From Felis catus (Eukaryota), in the NCBI RefSeq assembly GCF_018350175.1, contig NC_058383.1, positions 30,568,001 to 30,632,000 on the forward strand: a stretch of 64,000 bases of DNA, read 5' to 3'. The notes under the pieces were generated by a model. That model was not told where the DNA came from. It was given only the letters and a program-made list of their open reading frames with translations, and did no database searches. Numbering within the stretch: position 1 is the first letter of the stretch; every line of letters starts with the position of its first letter. The position numbers and the translations under genes were made by a program. Positions 25,015 through 38,138 of the stretch are shown in pieces.

Positions 25015-26285
25015 CCCAGACTTTTCTCCTGTATTCTAGATGCATCTATCTAATTGCCTACTAACATCTCCACTTGGATGTGTAGCAGGCGTCTCAAACT
25101 CAACATGCCCCCAAATGAACTCCTGATTCCCCCACCCGTGGAAAACTATTTCGCCCACAAATGCTCCCAGACTATGTCCTAAAAACTCCATCCTTCTGGT
25201 AGTTCAGAACAAAATCTCAAAAGTATTCTTGCCTTCTCTTCTCATCCAAGCTTTCAGAAAATCAGGCTGACTTTATTCTACTTTATTCTCAGAATGCACC
25301 CAGAGTCCACCCACTGTTCTCTGTTCCTCCTCAACTCTGGCCTGAATAGCCTTTTAGCAGGACTCCTGGCTTCTCTCTCTCCCTCCGGTCAATTCTCCAC
25401 ATGGCAGACAGAGGGATCCTTTAAAAACGTAAGTTGGATCACATCACACCTCTGTTCAGAATCTTGCACGGGCTCCCATTTCACCCAAAGCTCTTGCGGT
25501 GGTATAAAAGGACTCCGTGTGATGTGCTCCCATCACCTCCCTGACTGCTTCTCCTTCTCTTGCCCCCTTGTCCATCTATTCCTGGCACAACGTGGTCTCC
25601 TTGCTGGCCCTTCCTGTCCCAGGCACCCCCTCCCACCTTCTGGAGAATTAGCTCTAGCTTTTTTCTCCACTGAGGCACTTCCCCCAGGTTCCTACTTGGC
25701 TAACTCCCTTCCCTCCTTCAGATCTTTGAAATGTTACTTTCTCAGTGAGAGCCACCCTGGCCACTCGGCCTGATGATGCGACTTCCTTCTCTCTGCCCTA
25801 GCATGCTCAGTTCCCCTTGTTCTGGTCAACTGTGTCCTTTTAAAAAAAAAATACGTAGCATGGAGCACCTGAATGGCTCAGTCGGTTGAGCGTCCGACTT
25901 CAGCTCAGGTCATGATCTCATGGTTTGTGGATTTGAGCCCCGCATTGGGCTCTGTGCTGACAGCTCGGAGCCTGGAGCCTGCTTCAGATTCTGTGTAACC
26001 CCCCTCTCTCTTCACCCCACCCCTGCTTGTGCTATCCCTCTCTCTCTGTCTTTCAAAAATGAATAAACATTATATATATATATATATATATATATAGCAT
26101 GAATATCATCTTCTGTCACATTCTATCATCCATCTGTTATATGTCTCATCTGAACTCCCTTGCTAGAATGTAAGCTTCATGAGGACAGATATCTTCGTTT
26201 TATTTGCCCAGTTATTTCAAGCTCCCAAAGAAGTGCCTGGCACACAGGAGACATACGAGAAATATTTGTAGAACAAATGAACGGA
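25015..26285 (+). mobile_element. L2 3' fragment interrupted by a Can-SINE (~25861-26070) whose tail is a (TA)n microsatellite
   Basis: L2 motifs CATCTCCACTTGGATG...TCTCAAACTCAACATG and CTAGAATGTAAGCTTCATGAGG...GTGCCTGGCACACAG. Confidence 0.75.
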
Positions 26286-27627
26286 AGTCCCAAGGAAGGG
26301 ACACTCCCCCTGCCCGTCAGCCTAACTTGGGTTTCTGCATATTTATGTGTTGAGCTGGAAAAGCCTGTAGCCATACTGAATGAAGAGCCAGACAATGGAA
26401 TTTCACTTTTCCAGTTAATCTGCTCAGGTCATTGCCTGCGTACTAGGGACCCTGAATGTCATTCCACCACCAACTCTAGGGGCTAGAAATACAGTAACCC
26501 TGAGCAGTTAAAAATTCACAGCTTCCCTGGGACAGTCTGCAGTGTGGGCGGCAGCTGGTATGTCCCACAGGCAAATCCTTCTGGATAGGACAGCTGCAGC
26601 CCACGTCATTTTCAGAAGACTTCTGATTTGGTTAGAAACCCTGACAAGATGCTGCCCTTGGCATCTTGTCTTTATCCCCTTTCCAGAGAAGAAGAGCAGA
26701 ATTTTTCATGGCTCCACTGGTCCTGTAACAAACATCTATGCACCATTCTGTGCTAAAGTGACTGATAAAGGAGCAAGAGAGAGCATGATTATCTTCTGGG
26801 CAGGTTCGAGGGAATAAGATGTTATACACAAGGTAAGGGGTGTCTTTCATGGGTATCACAGTCTGTCCCTACATGATTACTAGAGGGAGGGCAGCAGGAA
26901 AGTGGTACAGCTACAGGGAGGGGGTAGGTGTGACAGTGGGAAGATGAGGGGAAAAGATAGTAGTCATTGTCTTGGAGAGTAGAAAAGCCAGCTCACAGGG
27001 AAGCCCAGGAGGTGTGCCAGGTGTGAAGTCAATGCAGGTGTGAAGTCATCTGTGTAAAGTGTCCATTGTAGAAACCTTGTTTACAAACAAATCCCTTAAT
27101 GCCTAGAAAAGAAACTAAAGGAAAACGCTAATGGCTTAAAAAGCAGTCTTAACAAAACACAGTCTGTCCACCAGTATTAATTGAGTTTTTCATCCCTGGC
27201 TTGATTTTTCTTGGTGTCTCAAATGGCCTGGAGAAGGAATGGTTGATGATGGGTTGTCCAAATCCCCCTACTTGCTATGTGCAAAACAACCACACAGGCC
27301 AGGACAGTTCCTGCCAAAATCCCCCCACATCTTCAGACAGACAGATGTTAACTATAAAACCACTGCATCGATAATAACCAAAAATTGAAAATGGTTCATG
27401 CATCCAATTGGGGAAGGATAGTTAAGTAAACTAAGATGTATTCATAAGTGCAGCTGTGATACTCAGGTGTGTGTGTGATACACGTATATGTTGATATTTT
27501 TAGTCGCCTTGTTTTCCAACAATTTCCAACTGGGAATAACCTGAATATTCGTAAGTAAAAGTATGGTTAAACCAATTTGGTACATCCATACAGTAGAATA
27601 ATAGGCAACTGTTCAGAATAATAAGGT

Positions 27628-28057
27628 CAGGGCACCTGGGTGTCTCAGTCTCTTGAGCGGCCGACATCAACTCAAGTCATGATCTGGAGGGTCCTGAGTT
27701 CAAGCTCCACATTGGACTCACTGCTCTCAATGCAGGGCTCACTGTGGATCCTCTGTCTCCCTGTCTCTCTGCCCCTCTCCTGCTCTCTCCTTCTCTGTCT
27801 CTCTCAAAAGTAAAATAAACTTATTTAAAAAAAAAAAAAAGAATAGGTGCTCCTGGGTGGCTCAGTTGGTTGAGCGTTCGACTTGGCCTCAGGTCATGAT
27901 CTCGCGGTCTGTGAGTTCAAGCCCCGCGTTGCGCTCTGTGCTGACAACTCAGAGCCTGGAGCCTGCTTCAGATTCTGTGTCTCCCTCTATCTCTGCCCCT
28001 CCTCCGCTCATGCTATCTGTGTCTCAAAAATAAAAAAATGTTAAAACAATTTAAAAA
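27628..28057 (+). mobile_element. Tandem pair of Can-SINEs (27628-27840; 27845-28057)
   Basis: The second head starts 5 bp after the first poly(A). The pair is bracketed by AATAAGGTCAG / AATACGGTCAG. Confidence 0.9.
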
Positions 28058-28420
28058 GATAATACGGTCAGTATACATGTACAAACACGGAAAGATATCC
28101 ACATAAATAAATTCCATTAAAGTTGGGTTTTTTTCCCCTGTTTTGTTCACAAATACAGCTTCAACACCCAGAATGGTACCGGGACATAGTAGATGTTCAA
28201 TAAACATCTATCTACCTATCTAAATGTATTCTTAGCAAAAAAAAAGAAAAGTAGGCTACAAAAGAATGGATACTTTACAGTCAATTTGTGTGTGTGTCAG
28301 CACGTGTATATATGTATGTGTATATGTATTAACACTACTGGTCTATTAGTAAGGATAGGATAGTTATACTGCTGTAACAGACAACCCCTTCATGAAACAG
28401 TCTGTGTTATTCCTCACTTA

Positions 28421-28636
28421 CTTTTTTTTAAATGTTTATTTACTTTTGAGAGAAAGGGAGAGACAGAGCGTGAGCAGGGGAGGGGCAGAGAGAGAGGGAG
28501 ACACAGAATCCGAAGCAGGCTCCAGGCTCCGAGCACTCAGCACAGAGCCCAACGCGGGGCTCGAACTCAACAAACCGCCAGATCATGACTTGAGCCGAAG
28601 TCCGACGCTCAGCCGACTGAGTCACCCAGGCGCCCC
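28421..28636 (-). mobile_element. Can-SINE in an old MLT1-like LTR
   Basis: TSD CCTCACTTACT on both sides. Confidence 0.9.
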
Positions 28637-29863
28637 TATGCCTCACTTACTGTACCTGTCCACTATGGTTGTCCGGGAGCTCTGCTCTGTGTCACCTTCT
28701 CTCAGGTACTTGGCTGATAAGGCAGCTACTAACTGGGACGCTGATGGTTGTCACAGCAGAGGGAACAAAGGCCCTGGAGGGTCTTACCAGCAGTAACTAA
28801 ATACTAACAGCTCATTGGCCAGAACTAGTCACATGGTCTAACCAAAACATAAACTAGCCAGCAGGTGCAACCGTGCTATGTGCCTGGAGAATTGGGACTA
28901 TGGAAGACAGCTCTACTGACTGCCATAAACACCATATTGGAAAAACACATGGAATTGTTTAAAATAGTTACGACTGAAGAAAGGGAATTTGAGGAGGTTC
29001 GAGGGGTTAATTTTTTAATTTTCACTCTGTATTCTGTATTTTTGATATTTTGCAACAAATTTGTTCTCTGATGAAATGTTTGTACAAGCGGGTGATACAT
29101 TTTTAAAGTATACATTAATATAATGAAATAGGCTACCGCCCTAGAAATGATTAGGACGTAGTTTTGTAACACGCAGAAATTTTTGTGCTGTGATGTTAAG
29201 TGGGGAAGGTAAGATAACATTTCTTTATGTAGTTGCATTTCATTTGTCTAAAGAAAAGCTTAGGGGGGCACCTGGCTGGTTCAGTTGGTAGAGCACCTGT
29301 CTCTTGACCTCGGGGTCATGAGTTCGAGTGTCACATTGGGTGTAGAGATTACTTAAATAAATAAGCTCTTAATTTTTTTTTAAGAAATGCTTAGAGAAAG
29401 AACACTAGGAATAAATATGCCAAAATATTCATAACACTTTGGGTATATTTGGGTGATAAGATTATGCCTATTTCTTCTTTTCTTCCTCCTTCTTTATAGT
29501 ATTTCCTTAGACTCTGTAAATTCTCCACAACGATTAAGTGTTGCTATTATAAAAAGAAGAAAACATACACTAAAAAAAAAAAAAAAAAAAGGCTGATCTC
29601 TAGGGAAAGGATGACCTGATTTGTCAACTTTAACTCCTAAAACATAAATGACAAAGATACCCATAACTATAATTTTTCAGGAAAAACAATTAGTAATAAG
29701 TGGACATTTCCTGTGTCAAGAAATCTTGAGTTTTATAAAAGCCCTGGAAATAGGCATGGGATTACAGCATAAATAGAGTCTGTCTTGGGTTTTCTTTTAA
29801 TATAAAATAGGAAAAAGAAAACCAGCTTTTAGAAGAACTACCTTCAACTTTTGTTCTAAAGTA

Positions 29864-30170
29864 AGATTTCTTTGGGTAGTATTGACATTTTGTCAATATT
29901 TCTTTTTCCAATCCATGAGCATGGAATGCTTGTCCATTTCTTTGTGTCTTTTTCAATCAATTTCTTTCATAAGTTTTCTATAGTTTTCAGCATACAGATC
30001 TTCTACATCTTTGGTTATGTTTATTCCTAGGTATTTTATGGTTCTTGGTGTAATAGTAAATGGGATCGATTTCTTGACTTCTCTTTCTGTTGCTTCATTA
30101 TTGGTGTATAGAAATGCAACCGATTTCTGTACGTTGACTTTGTATCCTGAGACTTTGCTGAATTCATGTA
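29864..30170 (-). mobile_element. Internal L1 ORF2 fragment (~300 bp)
   Basis: The minus strand translates as [70 protein letters not shown], the end of the L1 RT domain and the thumb region. Confidence 0.9.
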
Positions 30171-30381
30171 CCTACAAAACTTCAAATAACCAAAAAAATG
30201 AATTTTCCCTGTTGCCACCCATAGATCACTGTTTTCAACTCATCTTCATGAGAACCCTCGGAACAATGTTTGTGTCCTATTTGTCTCATATATGTGCGTG
30301 TAGCTACCTCGCATATGTTGAATCAGAGAATTTTAAAACTGGGCTCCTGGAAACAACAGGTTGATTGAAATGGAAGCTCCA

Positions 30382-30604
30382 GGGGCGCCTGGGTGGCGCA
30401 GTCGGTTAAGCGTCCAACTTCAGCCAGGTCATGATCTCGCGGTCCGTGAGTTCGAGCCCCGCGTCGGGCTCTGGGCTGATGGCTCAGAGCCTGGAGCCTG
30501 TTTCCGATTCTGTGTCTCCCTCTCTCTCTGCCCCTCCCCCGTTCATGCTCTGTCTCTCTCTGTCCCAAAAATAAATAAACGTTGGAAAAAAAAAAAAAAA
30601 AAAA
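30382..30604 (+). mobile_element. Young SINEC_Fc-type SINE with perfect 15-bp TSD
   Basis: TSD GAAATGGAAGCTCCA at 30367-30381 and 30605-30619; pure poly(A) tail. Confidence 0.95.
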
Positions 30605-30684
30605 GAAATGGAAGCTCCAAAGGGCAGGAGATAATAGTAGTTAGCATTTATTGGGTTCTTGCTGTTTATGAAGTGTCCATACAA

Positions 30685-30876
30685 CAGGATTTATCACCCT
30701 CAGAACTATAGATATTGGAGGCCACATAGTTCTTTGTTGGGGGTGCTGTCCTCTGCACAATAGGGTGCTTTCTGGTATCCCTGGCCTCTACCCACAGGAT
30801 GCCAGTGGTATGCCCCCACCGAGTCACGACCAGACATTGCCATATGTCTACTTGATGACGTTTTGAGAAACACTGC
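30685..30876. mobile_element. MER20 (hAT-Charlie)
   Basis: CTTTGTTGGGGGTGCTGTCCT.TGCA...TCCCTGGCCTCTACCCAC.GGATGCCAGT...CCAGACATTGCC...TTGAGAAACACTG. Confidence 0.8.
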
Positions 30877-31096
30877 CATACAACCTTTACAAAAATCCCT
30901 GATGACAAAGGAGTTATTATATGATGCCCATTTTACAGAGAGGTTCAGTACATGCTTCTAGATGCAGGGCAAATAAGCAATGGAACCAGGGTTTACATCC
31001 GGATCCCCACGACTCCATGTAGTAATGATGTTAACTAACCTATGAAGAAACATTTCCCCATGTCAGGCATTGTGCTAAGCTCTTTACTTGTCCAAG

Positions 31097-31598
31097 TACT
31101 CATGGACTCAGGATGGTTCGACTTAGGATTTTTTGACTTTGCGATCATGTGAAAGCGATATGCTTTCAGTAGAAACTGTATTTCAAGTTTTGGATTTGGA
31201 TCTCTTCCCAGGGTAGTGACATGCCACAGGATCCTCTCTCGTGACCTGGGCAGTGACGGCAGCCGTGGCCCCCCAGTTGGCCACACCATCACATGGGTAG
31301 ACAATCCAGAGGCCGACAACCATTCTGTACCTATATTACCATTCTGTTTCTTACTCTGGGTACCGTATCCAGTAACACATAGTATTTAAAACTTTGTTAC
31401 AAAATAGGCTTTCTGTCAGATGATTTTGCCCAACTGTAGGTTAATGGAAGCATTCTGAGCACGTGTAAGGTGGGCGAGGCTAAACTATGATGCTCAGTGG
31501 GCTAGGTCCATTAAATGCATTTTCAGCTTATGACCTTTTCAACGTACGATAGGTTTATCCCGATGTAACCCCATCATAAGTTGAGAAAGATCTATATA
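31097..31598. mobile_element. MER47/Tigger5-like non-autonomous Tigger element
   Basis: GATGGTTCGACTTAGGATTTTTTGACTTT left end and GGTTTATCCCGATGTAACCCCATCATAAGTTGAG right end, followed by TA. Confidence 0.75.
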
Positions 31599-32941
31599 TC
31601 CTCATAGATACAGATATTGACTGTAAGAAGCGGGTGCACTTATGATTCCTGTTTTGTGGTAGGAGAATATTAGACTCAGCAAGGTTATATAATTTGGCCA
31701 CGATCACCCAGCTAAAATGCTGCAAGTCTGAATTGGAATAAAGCACTGTCTGACATCACAGTGCATATTACCTCCCGTGGGAGGTTTTATTATAGACCAC
31801 ATGTTGCCAAGGGAGGGTGGGAGAATTGAGAAAATACGATATCTAAAGGAAGGCCTGCTCTAATTGAGCTCATCGATCGTTCATTCATTTATTCATTCAT
31901 TCCGTATGCCCAAACGTTGGGGTGGCAGTAGGGCATAGTTCTAAAGAGCTGGTCTCAAATCCTGCTCCCCCAATTCCTAACTCTCTGACCTCAGACATTC
32001 TGCTTAAGTTTTCCGAGCTGTAAACCTCATTTTACCCTTGTGTAAAATTAGGATAAGTGCTCACTTTTTAGGATTATTATTAAGAGAGAATGAAGGAAGA
32101 CATGGAAAATGCAGAGCATGGTATGAAACACTGTAATTGATGGATATAATTTTTTTTAATACATGTTATTACTGTTGTTGTTAGTTCCCAGAAGGGATTG
32201 AGCTGGCTAAGTTCTAAATGCGTGCCGAGTTGGAGAATATGAAAACAGCCAAAGAAAAATCATCATGCAAGGGAAAGGCAATTGAAATGCCAAAGCAGTC
32301 CTGAAGGAGTTTAATATGATACCTGCTATTGTATAAGTTAGCTTTTGGGGGAAAAAAATCCACATTAACCCAAGTTTGGCATTAAAATAAAAAAAAAAAA
32401 GAGTTTGACTTTATATTGGCAAATGCAATGAGATACTCTTACCACATGCTTACATTCTAAAGAAACTAAAATAAATCTATAATTTTTTAGATTTCTTATC
32501 ATCGTTTTGCCTGTTTCTGGTTTGAGAATTTGGGGGCGAAAAGGAAAACAAACTTCGGTTGCTAGGAACGTTTCAATAAATGAAGATATTTCTCTGCCCA
32601 CATAGATGCCCCCATGAACCAGTTCTCCTGTTTTCCCCCAAACCAAATTACACACAGATGTATGGCTATGTCTGAAGATGTTTATTAAAGCTACTCATTT
32701 CAGTTCTCAATTTAGTTACAGAATCAAGACACCAAATGGGAGGGAAAAAAGATTGGACAAATGATATAAACGACTTCTCCCAAGGAAGCTTTGTTTTTTC
32801 TGCCTTGAATCTAATCATCTGCCCTATTTGTATTTATCCTTATGCAAATTGGCTGGATGTTCTAAAACTCACGTGAGAAAGCTAGGTCTAATATCTAGGG
32901 GTCAGGATTTAACTTTGGAAGTCTTGAGGTCATTAGTCTTA

Positions 32942-33624
32942 CTTTCTTGTTTTTTTTAATTTTTTAAAGTTTATTTATTTTTGAGAGAGAGAGAGAGAGG
33001 AGAGAGAACAAGCATGAGCTGGGGAAGGGCAGAGAGAGAGAGGGAGACACAGAATCCAAAGCTGTGAGCACAGAGCCTGACTCAGAGCTTGAACCCATGA
33101 GCCGTGAGATCATGACCCGAGCTGAAGTCTAACGCTCAACCGACTGAGTCACCCGGGCACCCCTTTTAGTCTTGAGGAGGGCACTTGTTGGGATGAGCAC
33201 TGTGTAAGTGATGAACCACGGGAATCTATCCCCAAAACCAAGAGCACACTTTACACACTGTATGTTAGCCAATTTGACAATAAATTATATTAAAAAAAAT
33301 AATGTTACCCCTAATTAAAATCCAGTGGACTGGTTAATTCACCTACTTTGGATGGATCTTTCTGCTTCCCACTCAGGAGATTAAATTTAAAAGGATAATA
33401 CCTATAATACTTTTTTTTTAATGTCTATTTATTTTTGAGAGAGAGAGATGGGGAGAGAGCACAGGGGAGGGCAGAGAGAGAGAGAGAGAGAGGGGAACAG
33501 AAGATCTGAAGCAGGCTCTGTGCTGACAGCAGACAGCCCAACATGGGACTTGAACTCACACACCATGGGATCATGACCTGATCCGAAGTCAGATGCTTAA
33601 TTGACTGAGCCACCCAGGCACCCC
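32942..33624. mobile_element. Can-SINE (-, 32942-33163), extreme 3' end of a feline-type L1 (+, ~33170-33300) and Can-SINE (-, 33411-33624)
   Basis: L1 3' terminus GAGGAGGGCACTTGTTGGGATGAGCACTG...TGTTAGCCAATTTGACAATAAATTATATTAAAAAAA between two SINE bodies. Confidence 0.85.
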
Positions 33625-33799
33625 TGATAATACCTTTCCGAAAAACTGCTGGAGTCTGCAGTAGAGTAACCAGATTAATCCTTTTGAGAGGTAATCTGGT
33701 TAATTTGTCTGGGAAGGCAGTAAGTAGAGTGGTTAACTACCGGGACCTTCAGAGTTTGGAAAGGCTGACTTCAAATCCTCGTTGTGCTATTTAATTGCT

Positions 33800-34350
33800 C
33801 TGACAGGCAGAGTCCATAATGTCCAACAAGGATTCTTACCATCTCATATTCATGCCCTTGTGTAACCCTGTCCCTTTGAGTGTGGGCTGGCCTGGTCACT
33901 TGCTTCTAGCCAATAGACTATAGCAAATGTGACAGAATGCCACTTCTGTGATGAGGCTATGTACAGGGAGTTCTGTCTCACTAGAAGATTCTCTCCTTTA
34001 CTGGCTCTGATGGGTGCAAGCATTCAGACTGTGAGTTGCTATGTTGGAAAGGACATGTGCCTAAGGACTGAGGCCAGCCTCCAGCCGAGTGCCAGCAGGG
34101 AGCTGAGGCCCTCAGACCAACAAGCAACCATGTAAGAGCTTGGCGGCACACCTTCCCCAGTCAAGTCTTCAGGTGAGACCCCAGCCCTGGCTAGCATCTT
34201 GTGGCAGCCTGTGACAGCCCATGAGCAGAGTTTGTGGGTAAGCTAGGCCCAGACTTCTGGCTCATGGCAATTGTAAAAATAATAAATAGTTGTTGCCTTA
34301 TGCTGCTAAGCATGTGGTAGTTTGTTATGGAGCAGTAGGTATTGAATACA
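33800..34350 (+). mobile_element. MLT1 (G/H-like) LTR
   Basis: CCCTTTGAGTGTGGGCTGG.C.GGTCACTTGCTTCTAGCCAATAGA...CCCAGACTTCTGG...GTTGTTGCCTTA.GCTGCTAAG. A related copy is at ~59458-59980. Confidence 0.75.
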
Positions 34351-35134
34351 GGCGCTTTGGCACCTTGGGTGAATCTCCAAACCTCTCTGAGCCACGTGGA
34401 GAATTCCATAAGCTAAATGCTTAACATCATAGCTCGCGCCTTGTAAGTGTAGTTTAAATTTTACTTTTATTTTATTGATAACATTTTGTATTCACAATGC
34501 ACACCAATCTCAGAAGTTAATTAGTGCAATGTACAGGAGATGGAAATAGATAAGCCAATTTTTTTCGTAGCAATCACACTTCAGAAATTCTGTTACAATT
34601 GACACGGAAGAAAGCATAGTTCAGATTTTTCCTTCTGATCCTTCGGCATTGAGGGGCGGGAAGGAAGTTGGGTATCCATACGCCAGAGGAAAGAAGACCC
34701 GAAAGGAAGACAAGTGGAAACAAAAGTTCCACAGAAAAATCTAACGAAGAGGGATGCGTACACATGTGATAAGAATGAATTGATCTACCCATGGCTTAGT
34801 TTGGCAATTGTCGGGGGAGGTGGGGAGTCTCATAGTTGATGGTGGTACAGAGGGCACTCTGAGACACCCCATCAACATTTCACATGTGTATACTCTTTAG
34901 CCAAATGGCTCCATTTCTAGGAATTTATCCTGAAGAAATTATCGGAAAAATGTACCAATAGATTGAAACTGTTCATTGAGACATTGCTTATAAGTATTAG
35001 ATTGGAACATATAAAATTGCTGATATTTGACCATTTTGGTGTATGAAAACAGCAATTTCAAATAGTTGTATTGAGAAGAAGAGAATTTGAAACAAACCCA
35101 GAATAGAATGCAAATGGCATTGTGGAACAATGAA

Positions 35135-35138
<4 letters not shown>

Positions 35139-35172
<34 letters not shown>
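35139..35172. repeat. (CA)n microsatellite
   Basis: Perfect CA run. Other STRs: (TGT)n ~54830-54855, (TG)n ~55101-55130, CT-rich tract ~61960-62080, (TTA)n/(TTACCTTTA)n ~62240-62340. Confidence 0.95.
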
Positions 35173-35176
<4 letters not shown>

Positions 35177-35979
35177 TGCATGCGTGCGCCCTATGTATAA
35201 TGGCATCAGCCTCAACACAGTAAGTGAAAAAAGCAAGTTACAAAACAGCATTCTTTTATCCCCCTGAGCATTTTCATGGAGCTCTGAGGATAATGAAAAA
35301 GTCTGGGAAACAAACATATGAATTCTAATATTTTGCACCCTTACTCCCCACTCCATTGTGTTTCTCTGGACAGGGCCTTCCTGACTCTTCTCTATCCCTC
35401 CCTTTACTACTCTTCTCCATCCAGAGGGGGGAGGGCGGACTTCTCTGATTGGTCACTTGTCAAGGATGAACTGTGCATGCATACTTCCTCTTACTGGGTC
35501 AGCCTGGTTCCAGAGCTGGCCTCCTGTTATGTGCTCTCCCCTCAGCCAGGCATGTTCAGGGGGGCAGTTTCTGCCCCTGTTGGGAGATGCTGATCATTGT
35601 CTGGCTGGGCAATGACTGGCGAAAGTCTAATTTAGAGGCAGAAAGCATTAGAAAACCCACTTGGTTACCTAAACCAGCCATGTCCTCCAAATTTGCTTTT
35701 ATCAGAGATGAGAGATATATTGGCCTTCCTATATATCTAATAAAATATTGTTACAGAGCTAAGAAGATAGTTCTTGGACCCCCCTTCCCCCATTCCCTAA
35801 TACACAGTCACATGCATGTGCACACAAACACATTCACCTAGGCCTACTAAAGTTGAGATGTGTCTATATTGACACCTGTATATCTAAAACTGTTTAGTGA
35901 TGTCTGGGAAGGATAGGATTACAAAACACTCTCGTCTTCTCTTCATTGCTTTAACATTTTGTAAAGATCCAAGCTTTAT

Positions 35980-36106
35980 TGGGGCACCTGGGTGGCTCAG
36001 TTGGTTGAGCGTCCGACTTCAACTCAAGTCACGATCTCACAGTTCCTGGGTTCAAGTCCCACATGAGACTCTGTGCTAACAGCTCAGAGCCTGGAGCCTG
36101 CTTCAG

Positions 36107-36152
<46 letters not shown>

Positions 36153-36216
36153 CCTTCCCCACTTGTGCTCTGTCTCTGTCTTCTCTCAAAAACAAATAAA
36201 CGTTAAAAAAAAAAAA
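35980..36216 (+). mobile_element. Can-SINE with expanded (CT)n
   Basis: TSD AAGCTTTAT on both sides. Confidence 0.92.
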
Positions 36217-37346
36217 GCTTTATCAGGTAGTTAGACTTTCCCTGGGAAATTCAAGAGGTGCCTTAAATTTCACACATTGCCATTTCCATCTTCCATAATA
36301 CCGGCCTCCCCTGGTGGTCGGCAAAACATATGAATAGAGCGTTAGCAAAGAAGGGTCATACAAGGATAAAAATGTCATCAAATTCCACTTGCTGAAAAAC
36401 TAATTCATCATCTCCCTGCTACCGCCGAACTGGCTCTCGCTTCTGAGAGAGCAACTAACTTGTTTCCGAGAGGACAGTCAGCTTTTCTTCTATTTTCTCA
36501 GGCTGGAAACCCAAACCTTGGATTCCTGCTTTAGAGTGCCTGAATTCATTCTGTCACCAGGTCCTCTGTTTCATAGTAGCTCTGTCCTACATTTTTTTCT
36601 TTTCCATTCTGACTGCCAGAACTTTCCACCTAGCCATTGCAGCTTTCTCTTGCTCTCTTCACATCTAGTTCCTTCCAACCAAAACCATAGTCTGCCCATC
36701 TGTCTATCTTAAAGGAACTCGTCTGCCTAGGGTTCAAGGTTTTGCCCCTTCGGGGACCACCTGATCAGCTTTCTTCCTGACGTCCCACAGATGGATTTCC
36801 TCCCTTCCCTTCCTCTCCTCACATGGTTTGTAACCCACGCTCACCTCTAGGGGGAGCTCAAGACCCTCCTCCCTCACCTCCAGTTGGTTTTGTTGACCAA
36901 AGGCACTAGGGCCACGTTAAAGGGTGACGCATTAGCACAAAATCAGAATTACATTTTGATTCCTGGCCAGCTCCATGTACTATTAATACCAATAATATGG
37001 ACAATCATAACAGGTACCAGTGTTTGGAGAGGGGACCATGTGCCACTGAAGGTGTTTTTCCTGCCATTTCTCATATATGTCTCCTCAAAACTCTGTAGAA
37101 ATATTCCATTTTGAAAACGAGGGTACTGTGCCTCAGTGGACGCTAAGGGGGTTTGCCTGAAGTGAGACGGCAAGTGAGATTTGGAGCTGAGATGCTATCC
37201 GCGTCTATCTCCTCTGGAGCCCAGGCTCTCCATCTGCTTGTGGTCCTTTCCTAGAGCGCTGGTATACATTATGGGGACAGTCTAACTGCTCTGTGTCCTT
37301 CATACCGCCTCAATTTTCCTATCTGTCAAATGGCAATAATACAAAT

Positions 37347-37782
37347 CTGTATTCATTTTCTGGGGCTGCCACAACAAATTAGCATCAAGTGGATGGCTTA
37401 AAACAACAGAAATAGACTCTCTCTCAGCTCTGGAGTCTAGAAGCCAAAAATCAAAGTGTCAGCAGGCTGTGCTCCCTCAGAAGGTTCTAGGGAAGAATCC
37501 TTCCTTGCTGCTGTCCAAGCTACAGGCGGTTGGCTGCAATCCTTCGTGATCTTTGGCCTGTAGATGTATCACTCCAGTGTCTGTCACTTTCACCACTTGG
37601 CCTTCTTCCCTGTCCCAGGGTGTCCTTTTCTTAGAAGGACACAGGCCATCAGATTGGGGTCGTCCTACTCCAGAATGACCTCATCTTAACTTGATTACAT
37701 CTGCAAAGACCCTGTTTCCAAAATAAGGTCACATAATACGGGTTCTGGGTAGACACGAATTTCGGGGGACCCTTCAACACAC
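37347..37782 (-). mobile_element. MLT1 (B/C-like) LTR
   Basis: GGGGCTGCCACAACAAATT...GGCTTAAAACAACAGAAAT...GACCTCATCTTAACTTGATTACATCTGCAAAGACCCT.TTTCCAAAATAAGGTCACA. Confidence 0.8.
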
Positions 37783-37964
37783 AAGCTCTCAAGATTCTGT
37801 AGACACTTAAATGGGACCCTGTGTTAAAAAGGCACATATCCCAGTGCCCAGCGATGCAGCGAATGTCACCGTCCTTCTTTCATTGGACCTGCAGCCATAG
37901 GCTGTAATGTTCACCGGCTGTCTACCTGATTCTGGTAGCTGGCCCCATCTTAGAGTGTAGACAA

Positions 37965-38138
37965 GCATTCCGTCACCCCAGCTGCGTGCCAGGATCACCT
38001 GGGGCACGTTTAAGGTTAATTCTCAGGCCTTACCCGAGACTCAGCCAATCAGACACTCCAGGGCGAAGCCGGGAATGTGTGCTTAAAAGGCCTCCAGGCC
38101 ACTGATCTTGACGTGCAACCAGGGTTGAGAAGCACTCC
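37965..38138. mobile_element. MER5A-like hAT MITE
   Basis: GGATCACCTGGGG...CCAGGGTTGAGAAGCACT end. Other MER5-like copies at ~60481-60650 and flanking the LTR at 44885-45490. Confidence 0.65.
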
